Positions 1 through 14,214 of a DNA stretch of 64,000 bases are shown one piece after another. The first letter of the stretch is position 1. Every line of letters begins with the position of its first letter. The translations under genes were made by a program, and so were the position numbers. The notes under the pieces are model-generated. The model was not told the origin of the DNA. It did no database searches and worked only from the letters and a program-made list of their open reading frames with translations. Source of the DNA: Vicugna vicugna (lineage: Eukaryota); the NCBI GenBank assembly GCA_013265495.1, contig MU058718.1:496001-560000 (forward strand), given 5' to 3'.

Positions 1-2169
1 GCTTGACAGGTGCAGACATCTGGTGGCTGGTGATCAGCCTCTCATCTGGAAGTCCCAGGATGGGTCAGAATCCAGCTCTCACACTAACAGTTGGCCCTTC
101 TTCAGTAGGCACCTTGTGCTTCCAAATAGAGTATCATTTCCTCATCTGTCAAATGGGAATGAAAACTTTTGACCAGTGCAGAATGTGGCTTGAAAGAAGC
201 CATGAACTAAATGAAAATTTTAACTTGAAAAATGCTCTAAAACAGAAGAGAATCTGCTTTCTGCCCAGTGCATGACCCACTCAGGCAGTGCACTATTCCT
301 TTCTTTGTTTCCCACCTCTGTGTTTCATCTCACATGGTACCTCCCTTCCTCTGGAAAACCTCTCCTCCTTTCGTCCTATCTATCCTTAGGGTTTGGCTCA
401 AATCTTTGTCTTCAGTTTAGCTGTATTTCTTCTCCCAGCTCATAATTTTCCCTTTATGCCTCCCCCCACCACCTGTTGCTTTTGTAGTCTAGCTATAGTC
501 ATTCTCCAAATATTTTTATACACAGCCTTCTTATTTCCTCAGACGTTAAGGTTCTTGAGGTCACAGTTTGATATATTTGTGTCCAGCTTGGAAACCAGTA
601 CAAGATTTCCTATGAAAACTCGATCATGTTATCCTTGAAACTGATTTCTAGTGTGTTGGCTGTAGGGCCCAAATGGTTTTAAATGGCTGATTTTTCTGGG
701 ATATGGATACAGCTTTCTTGTGTGAGGTCCTCTTTCCTCTACTTTTCGCTGGACCACATGGTCCTTTCTGCTCTGCAGTTGGCCCCAGCTGCTTTCCCTT
801 GTCTCTCCTTATGGCCCATTCCACCCGCAACATCAGCCTCTGTTTCCAAGCCTCCTTTCCCAGCTGATGTGAAGAGCTCACAGTGTTCCTCAGGAGCTGT
901 CACCCTCTGAGTTGGTGACTGTAGTGAGGGTTTATGGTGAGGAATTACATTGCCTACCGTTCAGCCTTGCTGAACAGCAAATTAGAGCCAGTAGTGGGTC
1001 ATTTTCAACCTCATCCTCTCTCATTCCTCAAAAGCGTATGCTCCCAGCTTGACTGGTTATCAGAATGACTTGAGTTTTTAAAAGACATAATCCTGGGATC
1101 CCCTCGACACCCAGTGAATTACACTTTGTCAGGGTGCCTTGGGAAGCTGTTATTTTCCAAGGCTCCCTATGATTGGCCATATTTGGGAGCCACTGTTCTA
1201 AAAGATGATCCCTTGTCCCTTAATCATTTGTCACAAATGATGGAGACCTGCACACCCTGCTGGTACTTATTTGTTGGATAAGATTACAAATGGTTCCATA
1301 ACATCTGTCAGTATGAAATCTCACAGCGCCAAGAAAAAGTAGGATGATAAGGGATGAGCCTATTAAAGGCTTTTGAAGCAAATGGATAGTTTATCAGATT
1401 AGTGTGTTCTTTCTTTAGAATTGCTGTGAACCAGACCTTGTTACCACCATCTGTTTTGTAAATTCCATTTTCAGTTTAACAGCTGGATTGTGAAAGATAT
1501 ACAAAATTATCCAATTAAGAAACTAAATTTGACAAGTGTGTATTTTTTTAATGGCTCCTTGAATACACTCTGTTTCTTTCCTTAAATAGCCTTGTAACTA
1601 GCCTTGAAACTGAGAGTTCTTTGGCTTGGATAACTTTTGAGAGTTAATAGTGTATATGATTGGCAGCTTTCAGTTTTATCCATGAATCTGAATAGTTTAA
1701 AAGAAGTACTTTACTGTATCACAGTACAGAAAGCTACTAGTCATTGGTATGCACGTCCCAAAAGCTGACCAGTTGGGTGGGAGGGTAGTTCTGTGGTATT
1801 TGGCATTGATTTCCAGCACCCCCAGAGCTGTGTAAGGCAGGAACTGGGAGTCATGTTGAATTCCTTTTTCAAAACCATTCTCTTACCTGTGAGGATCCTG
1901 CAGTCCAGGTCACAGTCTGCACAAAGCTCAAAAGAGAACTCAAGTCTCTGGACTCTTTTAATTCATTCCTTCTATTTTACCATTCTGCTTCTTGAACTAC
2001 TGTGTGCTTGGTTCTGTAAGATCCAGTTAAGTAATTGTGTCTCAGTAGAGAGACTATATGTGCTTCCATTCTCTCATTTCAGTATTTTAATATCTTATAA
2101 ATAAAATATAACGTTACTGTTGTATTAGGAAAAAGGTCTTAGTTAACTTCATATATGAAACTTGTCTTC

Positions 2170-3092
2170 ACATGAAAAGATGCTCAATATTGGTAATTAT
2201 TAGAGAAATGCAGATCAAAACTACAATGAGGTATCACCTCACAGCAGTCAGAATGGCCCTCATTAAAAAGTCTACAAATAAGAAATGCTGGGGAGGGTAT
2301 AGAGAAAAAGGAACCCTCCTACGCTGTTTGTAGGAATGTAAATTGGTGCAGCCGCTGTGGAAGTTCCTTAAAAAACTACAATTAGAGCTACCATATGATC
2401 CAGCATTCCCATTCCTGGGTATATATCCAGAGAAACTCTATAATTTGAAAAACATATGCACCCCAGTGTTCATATCAGCACTATTTACAATGGCCAAAAC
2501 ATGGAAGCAACCTGAATGTCCTTTGACAGATGAATGGATAAAGAAGCTGTGGTGTATATATACACACATACAATGGAATATTACTCAGCCATAAAAAGGA
2601 ATGAAATAATGCCATTTGCAGCAACATGTGTGGATCTAGAGATTATCATGTTAAGTGAAGTAAATTAGACAGAGAAAGACAAATATCATATCATATCTCT
2701 TATATGTGGATTCTAAAAGAATAATACAAATGAACTTATTTACAAAACAGAAATAGACTCACAAATATAGAAAACAAACTTATAGTTACCAAGGGGAAAA
2801 CAGGGGGCAGGGATAAATTAGGAGTTTGGGATTAACATATACCCACTATAACATATACCCGCTATATATAGAGTAGATAAACAACAAGGACCTACTGTAT
2901 AGTACAGGGAACTATACTCAGTATCTTGTAATAATCTATAATGGAGAAGAATCTGAAAAAGGGTGTGTGTATATATAATACATATATAATATATATATGA
3001 CTGAGTTGCTTTACTGTACACCTGAAACTAGCACAACATTGTGAATGAGCTATACTTCAATTTAAAAAATGGTTAAAAAATTAAAAAAAAAG
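2170..3092 (+). mobile_element. 5'-truncated LINE-1 (ORF2 C-terminus, 3' UTR, A-tail)
   Basis: ORF 2343..2594 (LPYDPA...CTPVFISALFTMAKTWKQPECP) is the L1 ORF2 C-terminus. The L1 3' UTR and an A-rich tail follow. Confidence 0.95.
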
Positions 3093-3240
3093 AAACGTCT
3101 CTCACCAACAGATGTCATATTTATGGCAAGTTGAGAGGATGGGAACAGCTCACTGCCACTGTATTTGCTGAATGAAATATGCATATCAATACTATTTGGA
3201 AGGCAGCCAGCACATTTATTTCAGTAGCCTTGGCTATGTA

Positions 3241-3680
3241 TTTTTTCCAGCTTTATTGAGATATAATTGACATGCAACACTATATAAATTTAAGGTGTGC
3301 AATGCGTTGATTTGATAACACTTGTATCTTACTATATGATTAATGCCGTATGTTAGCTAATATCTCTATCGCATCATATAATTACCATTTCTTTCTTGTG
3401 ATGAAAACTTTCAAGATCTACTCTCTTGACAGAGTTCAAATATGTAATACAATATTGCTAATTATAATTTAAAAAGCAATTATAATAAAAACAAGCAGTT
3501 CATCTTCTAACTGGAAGTCTGTACTCTTTGAGCACCTCTCCCCATCTCTTACCCTCCCAGTCCCTCTCTGCTTCTACAAGTTCAGCTTTTTTAGATGCTA
3601 CATATAAGTGAGATCATGCAATTTGTCTTTGTCTGACTTATTTCACTTAGCATAATGCCCTCAAGGTCCATGCGTGTTGG
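3241..3680 (-). mobile_element. Older LINE-1 3' fragment (L1MA/MB-like)
   Basis: T-rich start (ccagctttattgagatataattgaca) and typical L1 3' UTR motifs (atttcacttagcataatg). Confidence 0.8.
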
Positions 3681-3915
3681 CTTAGCTGTATTTTAATTGC
3701 TTAGAAGCAACATGGGAATTTGTCTCTGCCAAGGACTGAAGGAAGGAAAATTTCCAAAATAACCAAACTTTTACTTTCTTTGCAATGCATGGGATCTTTT
3801 CAGCTGACTAACTTGGTGTTTATGAAATAAGTTCATGGAGCATATCAAAGCTGTGCAGCAGCTCTGCCTACTCCAGCAGATGGTAGAATGGGTGTCTAAA
3901 GTCATCTTAGTTTCT

Positions 3916-4098
3916 ATTATATATAAAATAAACAATAAGAACCTACTGTGTAGCACAGGGAACTATACTCAGTTTCTTTTAATAAGCTGTAATGAAAAAG
4001 GATCTGAAAATATATGTATGTATATGTATAATTGAGTCGCTTTTCCACCTGAAACTAACATTGTAAATCAACTGCACTTCAATAAAAAAATAAAACAA
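3916..4098 (+). mobile_element. Very short LINE-1 3' end with an 18-bp target-site duplication (TSD)
   Basis: TSD AAAGTCATCTTAGTTTCT at 3898-3915 and 4099-4116. The body matches the 3' ends of other L1s in the window. Confidence 0.93.
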
Positions 4099-4866
4099 AA
4101 AGTCATCTTAGTTTCTGCCATTATGTCAGTCTGTGGAATGTTTGAGTTCATGCTTATTTTGGCCATTTTACAATTGTTGGCTCTGTCTTTGTTAAGTGCA
4201 AAAAGCTGTGTGTTGGAAGTACTAACAAGAGATGTATTACCACAATGGAAGTGAAAGCAGAGATAGTGATTTTCTTCCCTCTTTTCATTTGCTTTAACAT
4301 TACTCTTTACTATGGGACAAATTTTTCAAACAGGAAATAGAATGCCAGAAGTTTCAATGTCACACTCAGGGCAGAAGATTTTGTTTAATTGCACTGTGTG
4401 ATTTAGGGAGATTTCTGAAGGAGTTTGCAGCACTGCATGAAGCAGGCTATGTCTTTCCTGTGTAATCCTCCTCTAGCCCCAGTCCTTCTGTGTAAAGGTA
4501 ACCTCAGTTGCTTGCTTTTTTTTTTTTTTCAGGAAGAAACAAAACACCAGCATGTATAAGAACACCTCAATTTAAAAAATCTTTTTTTAATTAATGAAAT
4601 GTCTCAGATATCCAAGAAAAAGTATAAAGAACTAGTTAAGCCAACATTCATTCAATTTTAACAAACCTTAATATTTTTCTACAATTGTTTTAAAAATACA
4701 GATAAAGCTCATAGTTACCCTCTTCTGATCCTGTTACCCTCCTTCTACAGAGTTAACCACTGTCTTAAATTTGATTTCTTACTCTCATGATGATTTTTAT
4801 TCATTTTATGTGTATATCCACAAACAGCAGGTAGTATGTTTCTACTTCATTTAAATGGATCATATT

Positions 4867-6419
4867 GTCATTGATGAAAAAACTAATCAATAGTCAATCT
4901 AAGAAAGAAATGGACATTTTTATTTGAGCCAACCTGAGAAGTATAACCCCAGAGATAGTCTCTCAGATAACTCTGAGAACTGTTCCAAAGAGGTAAGAGG
5001 GGAGACCATTATGTATGTGCTTTTAATGAAAGGATATATGCAATCAGGCACACATCCTGGTAGAAGGTTACTGCTATTCACAAGGAAGGGATATCTCAGT
5101 CAATGGTTTTAGTGCTTTTCTATGTATGGGAAGATGTAAGAAACTGGGTTTACAGAATTTTCCCCTGAAAATGTCTAACTGAGGGCCAGTTCTGCCAGTT
5201 TTCTTAGGGCACAGAGGGCCTCATCCTGATCTTCACCCTGTGAATTCCTTTCAGGGTGTACTGTAAGTCAGCGATTGCAGTGGATAGTCACTTGATTCTT
5301 GCAGAACTGGATGGTAGGCAACATTACTTATTTTACAATCCCATCCCTTTCAATCTTAATTTAGACCAAGGTTTGGGAGGCATTTCATGACTGATTTGTC
5401 CCATGGTGCTAGGAATGCTCATTACCAGGTTAAGCAAGGACTTCATTGATAGGCCACTCAATGTGCTGTTACTGGACTAGGTCCTGTTAACAGTAGTCAA
5501 GTTTCTGAACTGTATTACTACTCTGTTGTGGTCCAGGAAATGGTTCCCTCCTGTTGCTTCTTCCCAAATCTAGACTTATACCATTGCAGTTATTCTTACA
5601 GGATGATATATTTGGCCAATTGTTTCAAGTTGCCTAATCATCATTAATTTTATCTGAGGCTCAGGCACACATTTGGTAATTCAGGAAACAAAATCCTGTA
5701 AAATAGGCAGAATACAAGTAATACAGCCGTGTAACATAAGGTTGTAAGTATTCAGGCTAAGAACTTCCATTAGGTGCCCAGTATCTCCCCAGGTCATCTG
5801 ACCAGTCTGTTCTGCACCAGTCGCTATCTTTAAGGGAAATGATATGTTGGCATTTTACATAATGTTCACCAAAGATATCTGCTCGTACAGGGTGAGTGGT
5901 GCATCATCGTGACACCTTACAGGGTTGAGAAAGGCATGTTATCTTCCTAAGGAGTTACAAGGCTGGCATTAGAAGATCTCTTTAGCTGAGCAGGATTTCT
6001 GCCATTGGGAAGGTCTGGTTAATGTGTAATGCAGAGGCACAATACCCACTTGAGAGAAGGGAGGAGGCCCAAATGGACAGAGAAAAATTTATGTTCAAAC
6101 TTTTTTTTTCTTTTCTTTTTTTTTTGATTTCTTTTTTTTAAACATTTTTTATTGATTTATAATCATTTTACAATGTTGTGTCAAATTCCAGTGTTCAGCA
6201 CAATTTTTCAGTCATTCATGGACATCTACACACTCATTGTCACATTTTTTTCTCTGTGATTTATCATAACATTTTGTGTCTATTTCCCTGTGCTAGACAG
6301 TGTAATCTTGTTTATCTATTCTACAATTTTGAAATCCCAGTCTATCCCTTCCCACCCTCTGCCCCCCTGAGTTTAAACTTTTCTTATCTGGCCTTAAAAT
6401 ATGAATTTTTCTTTCATCA
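4867..6419 (-). mobile_element. ERV1-type remnant: 3' LTR (4867-5337), polypurine tract (5338-5350), internal piece and a second LTR-like segment
   Basis: The minus strand reads AAAGGGATGGGAT-TGTAAAA (PPT, then LTR start). The LTR R/U5 resembles 48560-48650, and 5100-5640 resembles 18015-18230. Confidence 0.75.
6105..6370 (-). mobile_element. Relatively young LINE-1 3' end inserted in the ERV remnant
   Basis: Long poly(T) at 6101-6139. TSD GTTCAAACTTTT (6093-6104) / GTTTAAACTTTT (6371-6382). Confidence 0.8.
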
Positions 6420-7429
6420 CTGTACATATCTTCTGCTTCTGATACTTGCTTTTTTCATTGGATATTGTTCTGGGAAATTATAAATGTAGCTCAGACACAC
6501 TCACTTTCACTGCTGGGTCCTATTTTATTGCATGACTATCTAAATGGTGTAATTGTTCTTCTGATGCACATTTAAACTACTAATATTTGGTATTACTGAT
6601 AATGCTGCAGTTAAGAATTCTTATGTTTCCTTTGCCACGTGAGTTTCTTTGGAGTCTCTTCTATTTTAAGAAAGTAAATCAGAGTGAAGACTGACATATT
6701 AATTGGATAAAATGGAAGATCTCTGTTTAACTCTGTGTGCATGGCATAGAGGGTACTGTGTGGAAACCCCAAAGCTTAAGCTATAACACTTGCCTCAAGG
6801 TTGGGAGGAATTACTACATGTAGCAGTGGTACCAGAAGGTGCAGTGAAGTAAGTATTGTATGCTAGTCAGGGCAGCTCTGATGTTAGAAGATTTGGGACG
6901 GTGATTCAGATCTTTCTCCATTAAATCAGGTGGGCTTATCTTAATTAACCCCTTGAGTTGATTTAATTCCAGCCAAGAGCAAAAAGATTTAATGCCTTTT
7001 TTAGGTCTCACTCTCTGCCTCTTGTTCTCTCTTAATTCTAAAACCAGTAGGCAGACCCCAGTTCTCTTTCCTGTCCCTTAGGATAGACACATGTTCAGTG
7101 TTCCAGGTCTTCTTCCATTATCTTTTAATGCTGTCCTCCAGAAAGATGCTTCAGTTGTGCAATTCTGACTTCCTCAGAGATCTCTAATTTTTGGTGCTGA
7201 TCACAAAACATCCAGCATAGTGCTAATTACTATTATCACTCTTGCAAAAGAAACTTCATTAGATACAATTTTCCTTTTGTAGGGAACCTCTCCTAGGAGT
7301 TTCCTTTTACCACTCCCGCTCCAACCTTTTACCTGAGCAAAAACAGGTCTGTGTTCCTATGATGTGTGAGTAGGAGCATTTTGAACATATAAAGATTTTA
7401 TGTAGCAGCACAGAATGGAATATCTCAGA

Positions 7430-7610
7430 ACAGAGGCTCTCAAAGTGTGGTTCCCAGACCAGAGCATTAGTGGCTTCTGGGATCTTGTTAGAAACGCAAA
7501 TTCTCATTTTCACCCAGGCTCTCTAAATCAGAGGCTGTGCGGATGGGGTCCAGTGATTTGTGTCTTTAACAAGCCCATTGGAGGAGTCAACTCCTGCCTC
7601 AGAGGGTGTT
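7430..7610. mobile_element. MER5-like hAT-Charlie MITE (similar decayed copies near 1040-1195 and 42410-42570)
   Basis: ctctcaaagtgtggttcccagaccagagcattag...cttgttagaaacgcaaattctc...aatcagaggctgtg...tttaacaagccc is the MER5A pattern. Confidence 0.7.
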
Positions 7611-10600
7611 TAAATAGGTACTTCGGGTCATATTGCAGGCCTGCCTTACTGCACTTTCCAGAAGGGACAAAATACTTGAGGGATGGCTTCTTAGCAGGGT
7701 TATTTGTTGTCACTGCTTAATCATTAATGACACGAGAAAGGTATACTTTTATATTTCTCATGTGTGGCATTGTTATAGATAGGCCTTTAACTTTTGGAGG
7801 CGGCTTTGGTTTCCTTTGGTTATGACCAACAGTAGGAAATAGAACGCCATAAATCCTTGTTTCCAGGGTTACCTCCTTGCTGCTGATAACAGGCAGGAAA
7901 TTAAAACAATCTGTGATAGTGTTTTGTTCTTATTAGCCACAGATGGTAGCTTTCAGATATGTTGGAGCAAAACATAAATAAATGTAACAAGGAGACTTCA
8001 TTATTGAAGAAAAATGGTTTGGCTGCGTCAAGCTTATAGTCTGGGTCCATTTTAATGAAATGGGATATAGGCAATGTATCAGTGTGCCATTACCACACGA
8101 AACTCCATGACATATGGAGGTCACTCGCTTTTTTCTTTGGTTGAGTTTTGAATATGTAAAACATTCGCATGATTTCCAAGTCTGAATTATATAACACATT
8201 TTATTCAAAGATGTCTCACTTCCATCCATATCCTTTCTTGTTCTCTTAGTCCTTTATGGGTAATCATTTTTACGTGCTTTTTGACTTATTCTTCTAGTGA
8301 TTCCTTTTGAAGATATTGTATATGTACACTGATATCTCCTCCTTTTGACTTTGACACAAAAGGTTGTGTAATACACCAATTTAAAATGTTTTAAGGTTAT
8401 CTCTATTAAAGTGTAACTTAAATTCAATAAAATTCACAAACTGTACATGTTGAATTTTGACAAATTCATACAGTTTGCGTAGCCACCAGTACAGCAAAGG
8501 TCTAGACTATTTCCATCATCCAAAAAAGTTTCTTCATATCTTTTTGCAGCCAATTCTCTCTCCTACCTCTCTGATCTCTGGTAGACCATCTGTCTGCTTT
8601 CTATCACTATGCATGATTTTCCTAGAATCTCACGTAGTTTTTTTTTGTGTGTGTATGTGACTTCTTTCACTTAGTATAATTCTTCAGAGACTGAACCATG
8701 TTAGTATAAGTATCAGTATTTATTCCATCTTGCTTGAGTAAGTGCTCCACTGCTTGTACATTCCAGTTGATGGACACTGTTACATATTTTTTAAACTTTT
8801 TAAATTTTGAAATAATTTTAGACTTGCAGAATAACGACAAAGGTAGTAGAGGATTTCTGTATACTCTCTATGCAGCTTCCTCACTTGGCTATGGTGCAAT
8901 CATCAGTACTTAAGAGATTAATGTTGGTCAGTACTGTTAACTCAAGGCTTTATTTGGACTTTAGTTTTCCCACTGTATTTAGTTGTCATGTTTCAGTCTC
9001 TTCTCCTGTAATAGTTCCTCAGTCATTCCATGTCTTTAAAAAATAGTACTTGTTTAGGTATCTTGTAGAATATCCCTCACTTTGTTTTGTGGTTAGACTG
9101 CACTTACAGATTTGGGGGAAGAATACCACAGAGGTGATGTGCCCTTCTCCTAGTCTTATATTAGAAGTTACGTGATATCAATATGTCTTATTATTGGTAA
9201 GATTAACTTTAATCACTTGGTTGAAGTAGTGTCTGCCAGGTTTCTCCATAGTAAAGTTACTACTTTTCTTTTTCTGTAGTCTGTCTCTTAGAAGCAGATT
9301 ATTGCTTTTTAAATTCTGATGTACATCAATGTGCATGGGACACAGATTAGCAACTCTCCTAATTATAGTAATAGTAATGATTTCATTTACTGCTTACTCT
9401 ACCTGCATATTTCTAAACACAGGTGGATTACCTCATTTAATCCTCAGGATACCACTGTGTAGTAAGCACTTTTTTCATGCCCTTTTCACCGCTGAAATGA
9501 CTGAGGCACAGAGTACCTGGCCCAAGGTACAATAGTTAGTGATGGAGCCAGATGCTAACATAAGCCTCACTTGAGGGCCAGCATTTAATACATGCCTTAT
9601 GGTTGTTGTCAGAGCATAGAGTGGAGATGCTCTCATTCTTTGTCAGAGAAAACAAATGAATGCTTCCTGTATTTGACAATTCTTTTTTGTTCTTTAAGAA
9701 ATAATTTTTCGTTTGTTTTTGCTTTTAGGAAGATTCTTTGTGTGACTAAAGACTTTAGTAAGTTATGTTCTTATAGAACTCCAGGATACTTGGGGGAGCA
9801 CTAAGGATCTATTTTTGGACTTCTTTCAGAAATACAACTGAAGGTTAGGGCAGAGTATTCAGAATAGAAAACTGCTTTTGGAAAAGGAGCATTTACTTAA
9901 AGAAAAGCTCTGAGCTTTCTCTCTGGATTTTTTCAGCCTCTTTTAACAGGGGCGTCGTGTTTACCTGTATGTCTAAATCCCAGACGTTCATTTTTGTTTA
10001 CCACACTGCTGACTTCTCTACTACACAGTCAGATGTGTCTCTGAGTAGCCTGACTCAGGAGATGATAACTGTGGTTAAATGATGACTCAGTATCTGTGAG
10101 CATCTATTCTGGTAGCAGCAGAGTGAGCCACCAAAGGGCAGGCTGTGTGGGTAGACGTTTGCACATCTTCCTGTGACTCACTCAGCAGCCTTCCATTCTG
10201 AGAGGAAACAGCAGTAGGTGGCTACAAAAGTGTATTCATCTCCTCCCTTCCCTGTCTCACCATGCTTTGTAGATGGGGTATCCCCAAATCCTTGAAATCA
10301 CACAGCGAGGTGACTTGAATGTATCTAGCCTGCCAAGTTCGGGTATCAGTGCAGTTTTTAAAAATAGTTTGTTTCTCAATGTCTATTATATGTCTGTCTG
10401 TATATGACAGAGTCCACAGGTTAAACAAGACACTTCATCACCCAAAGCCAGTCTGGTCAGGCACACACATAAAAGCTGTAGTATTTATTTCACAGGGAGG
10501 GAGGAAGGCAACTGTTTAGAATAAGGCTAATGCTTACATATAATAACTAGAAAAATTTGCAAGAGTCGCAAAATTACTTGGGAGATTGGTAGCAGAGGTC

Positions 10601-11071
10601 AAGTTTATGGGCATCTGGATCTAGCTTCAGAAGTCAGAGAGCCAAGGCTTCGTTTTTTTCTCGGATATGTTTTTCTGCATAGCTGTTATAGAGAAAATGT
10701 TAGGTACAAGCAAATGTAAGGAAGAAAGTGAAAGCTGATCCATTTCTAGCACCAGAAATACCTACTCTTTTGTTTTGCATAATTTATCTCCTTTCCTCTC
10801 TCCTCCTATGCTGTGACTACATTAGTAATCCTGCAGTTTTAAAATGTAATATTGTATCATAAGGATTTTTTCCATCATTTGAAGAAAAAGACTCTGTTCA
10901 TTTGGTGGGAGAAAAATAGTTTTAATTTGCATGCCATTAATATTTCATTTAGGATTAACATCCTTATGTTGACTGTCAATTTATATATGTACCTACAGAG
11001 AGTGTTAGCTTTTCTATTCTTTATCTTTCTAAAAAATTGGAAATGTTACTAAAGCAAGCCTCTAATTTCAG

Positions 11072-11181
11072 ATGTCCTAAACGACGCTATATTTGATGAA
11101 GATCATGATGAGATGGTGATTGTGAAGGACATAGATATGTTTTCCATGTGTGAACATCATCTAGTTCCCTTTGTTGGAAAG
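11072..11181 (+). CDS. GCH1: GTP cyclohydrolase 1, coding exon 2 (110 bp)
   Basis: ttcAG|ATGTCCTAAAC...GGAAAG|GTaagt. Translates (D)[36 protein letters not shown], matching mammalian GCH1, including the CEHH zinc/active-site motif. Confidence 0.99.
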
Positions 11182-14100
11182 GTAAGTTTTTCTCTGTTGT
11201 TTCCTAACAGTGTTTAAAAAGCACAATGAAAGTTTTAAAGTTAGAATAATTACATGGTAAATTGTCACCTGCTAATTTCTAATATCCCAGATATTTAGAT
11301 TGACACAGTAATGTTTAACTTACTCTTTATCAGCTCGACTAATTATCTAATGGCTGGAAATTAACAAAACAGAAACAAAGTTTGGAAGGCCCTCAGGGCA
11401 AGTATTTCATAGTAAATACCATGTTAATAGGTTAAAATAACGAGATTAAAGACCATCTTTTTTTTCTAGGTAGCTGCTGAAGGCTCTGAAAAACTTTGCC
11501 CTTTAATTTGACTAAATAATGTTTGATCCAAGATATACCTTTGTGTAATATGATAGCAGTAGTGATTGTAGAATTTTTTGAGGCAAAGGTTATAGTATTA
11601 GTGGGTTTGTTTCCAACCCTTTCTGTTTTAGGAAGAATGAGCTAGACAATGTTATCCAGCTTTTTGTAGTTAAACATCCCTCTGAGCACACGTGGGTTAT
11701 CAAGAGTTGTCCTCTTCTCTTCCCTCCTGCCGTATCCTAATTTTATTTTATTTTGACTTTTTATTAATAATTTTCAAATGGAAGACTTACAAGAAGTAGT
11801 GGTACAAATAACTATATACTCATTACCTAAATTTAATGTAACATTGCCTTCAATTTTATTAAAAGTATTCTGTTTTTTCATTTTTTACAAGTAGTACAGA
11901 CAAAAAAATGCACAAATCATAAGGGTGTTCCTTACTGCCTCATAGATAAGAACCAGAACATTATTAATATCCTGGAAGCCCACCTTGTGTCCCTTGTTAA
12001 TCCCTAACCATCTTGTCCCCACAGGTAACCAGTGTATGGATTTCTAACATTATAGATTAGTTTAGTGTGTTTTTCGACATATATATATATATATATATAT
12101 ACATACACACACACACACACATAGAAAAAGTTGACAGCATATACACTTTCATATTTGGCTCCTTTTGTTCATTGATGTTATTGCGTATCACTAGTTTATT
12201 TTCATTGCTGTATATAATTCCATTGTACAAACACACCACAATTTATTGTTCTGGTCTTGATATTTGTGTTGGATCGTCTCTCTGTTTGGAATTTTGGTGG
12301 CGGTTGGTGGTTTTTTTTGTTTGTTTTGTTTTTGGCTATTACAAACAATAGTGCACAGATGCATGCATTTTTAAAAATTTTGTTTATTTTTACTTTTTCA
12401 TTGAAGTATGGTTGATATACAATATTATGTTAGTTTCAGGTGTACAGAAAAGTGATTCAATAATCTGAAAAATATGTATTTTCAGATTATTTTCCATTAT
12501 AGGTTATTATAAGATATTGAATATAGTTCCCTGTATTATAAATATTAGTTGCTTATCTATGTTATGTCTGTTAGTTGGTAGCTTTAATTCCATACTTCTA
12601 ATTTATCCCTCCTCACCTCTGCTTTCCCCTTTGGTAACCATAAGTTTGTTTTCTATGTCTGAGAGTCTCTTTCTGTTTTGTAGATAGATTCATTTGTATT
12701 ATTTTTTTAGATTCCACATATAACTGGTATTATATAGTATCTCTCTTTATGACTTACTGCACTTAGTATAATATTCTCTACGTCTATTTACATTGCTGCA
12801 AATAGCAGTATTTCATTCATTTTTATGGCTAGATAATATTCTATTGTGTATATATGTATATATATACTCACACACACACACCCCACATCTTCTTAAATGG
12901 GCACTTGGGTTGTTTCCACATGTGGTTATTGTAACTAGTGCTGCTATGAACATTGAAGTGCATGTATGTTTTTGAATTAGAGTGTTCATCTTTTCCAGAT
13001 ATATGCCCAGGAGTGGGATTGCTAGATCATATGGTAGCTCTATTTTCAGTTTTTAAAGGAATCTCCATACTGTTCTCCATAATTTACATTTCTACCAACA
13101 GTGTAGGAGGGTTCCTTATTCTCTACACATTCCCCAGCATTTCTTATTTGTAGACTTTTGAATGATGGCCATTCTGACTGATGTAAGGTGATACCTGATT
13201 GTAGTTTTGATTTACATTTCTCTAGTAATTAGTAATATGGAGCATCTTTTCCTGTACCTGTTGGCCATCTGTGTGTCTTCTTTGGAGAATATGTTTCGGT
13301 CTTCTGCACATTTTTTGATTGGGTTGTTTGTTTGATATTGAGTTTTATGAGCTCTTTGTATATTTTGGATATTAACCCTTTGTTGGTTGCATTATTTGTA
13401 GATTTTTTTTTCCCATTCTGTAGGTTGTCTTTTTGTTTTGTCGATGACTTCCTTTGCTGTGCAAAAGCTTTTAAGTTTGGGTAGATCCTATTTGTTTATT
13501 TTTGCTTTTATTTCTTTCGCCTAGGGAGACTGATCGAAGAAAATATTGCTGTGATTTATGTCTAAGAATATTTTGCCTCTATTCTCTTCTAGGAGTTTTA
13601 TGGTGTTATGTCTTATATTTAGGTCTTTAAACCATTTTGAATTTATTTTTGTTTATGGTGTGAGGAAGTGTTGTAATTTCACTGATTTACAAGTAGCTAT
13701 TCAGCTTTCCCAATACCACTCGAAGAGACTGTAGTGTCACAAATATCAATTAAGTCCAACTGGTCTGTTGTGTCATTTTGGACCTCTGTTGCCTGATTTT
13801 CTGTCTGGAAGATCTATCTACTGATGTCAATGAAGTGTTAAAGTCTCCGACCATTACTGTATTCATGTCAGATTCTCCCTTTATGTCTGTTAGTGTTTGT
13901 TTCATCTATTTAGGTGACCCTGTATTGGGTGTGTATATGTTAACAAGTGTAATCTCTTCTTATGTTGATCCCTTTATCATTATATAATGTCCTTGTCTTT
14001 CTTTATGGACTTTCTTTTAAAGTATATTTTGTCTGATAGGAGTATTGCTATCCCTGCTTTGTCATTTTCATTTGCATGAAACTACCTTACTCCATCCTCT

Positions 14101-14214
14101 CCCTTTCAATCTGTCTTTCCCCTGAAGTGAGTCTTTTGTAAGCAAGATATTGTAGGTTCTTGTTTAATCCAGTCTGCCACTCTCTTTTGATTGGCACTTT
14201 TAGTCCATTGACAT

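Noticed and set aside
1..11071. GCH1 exon 1 or promoter
   Set aside because: No CpG island and no sequence encoding the N-terminal part (e.g. GLLKTPWRAA); this is the distal part of intron 1.
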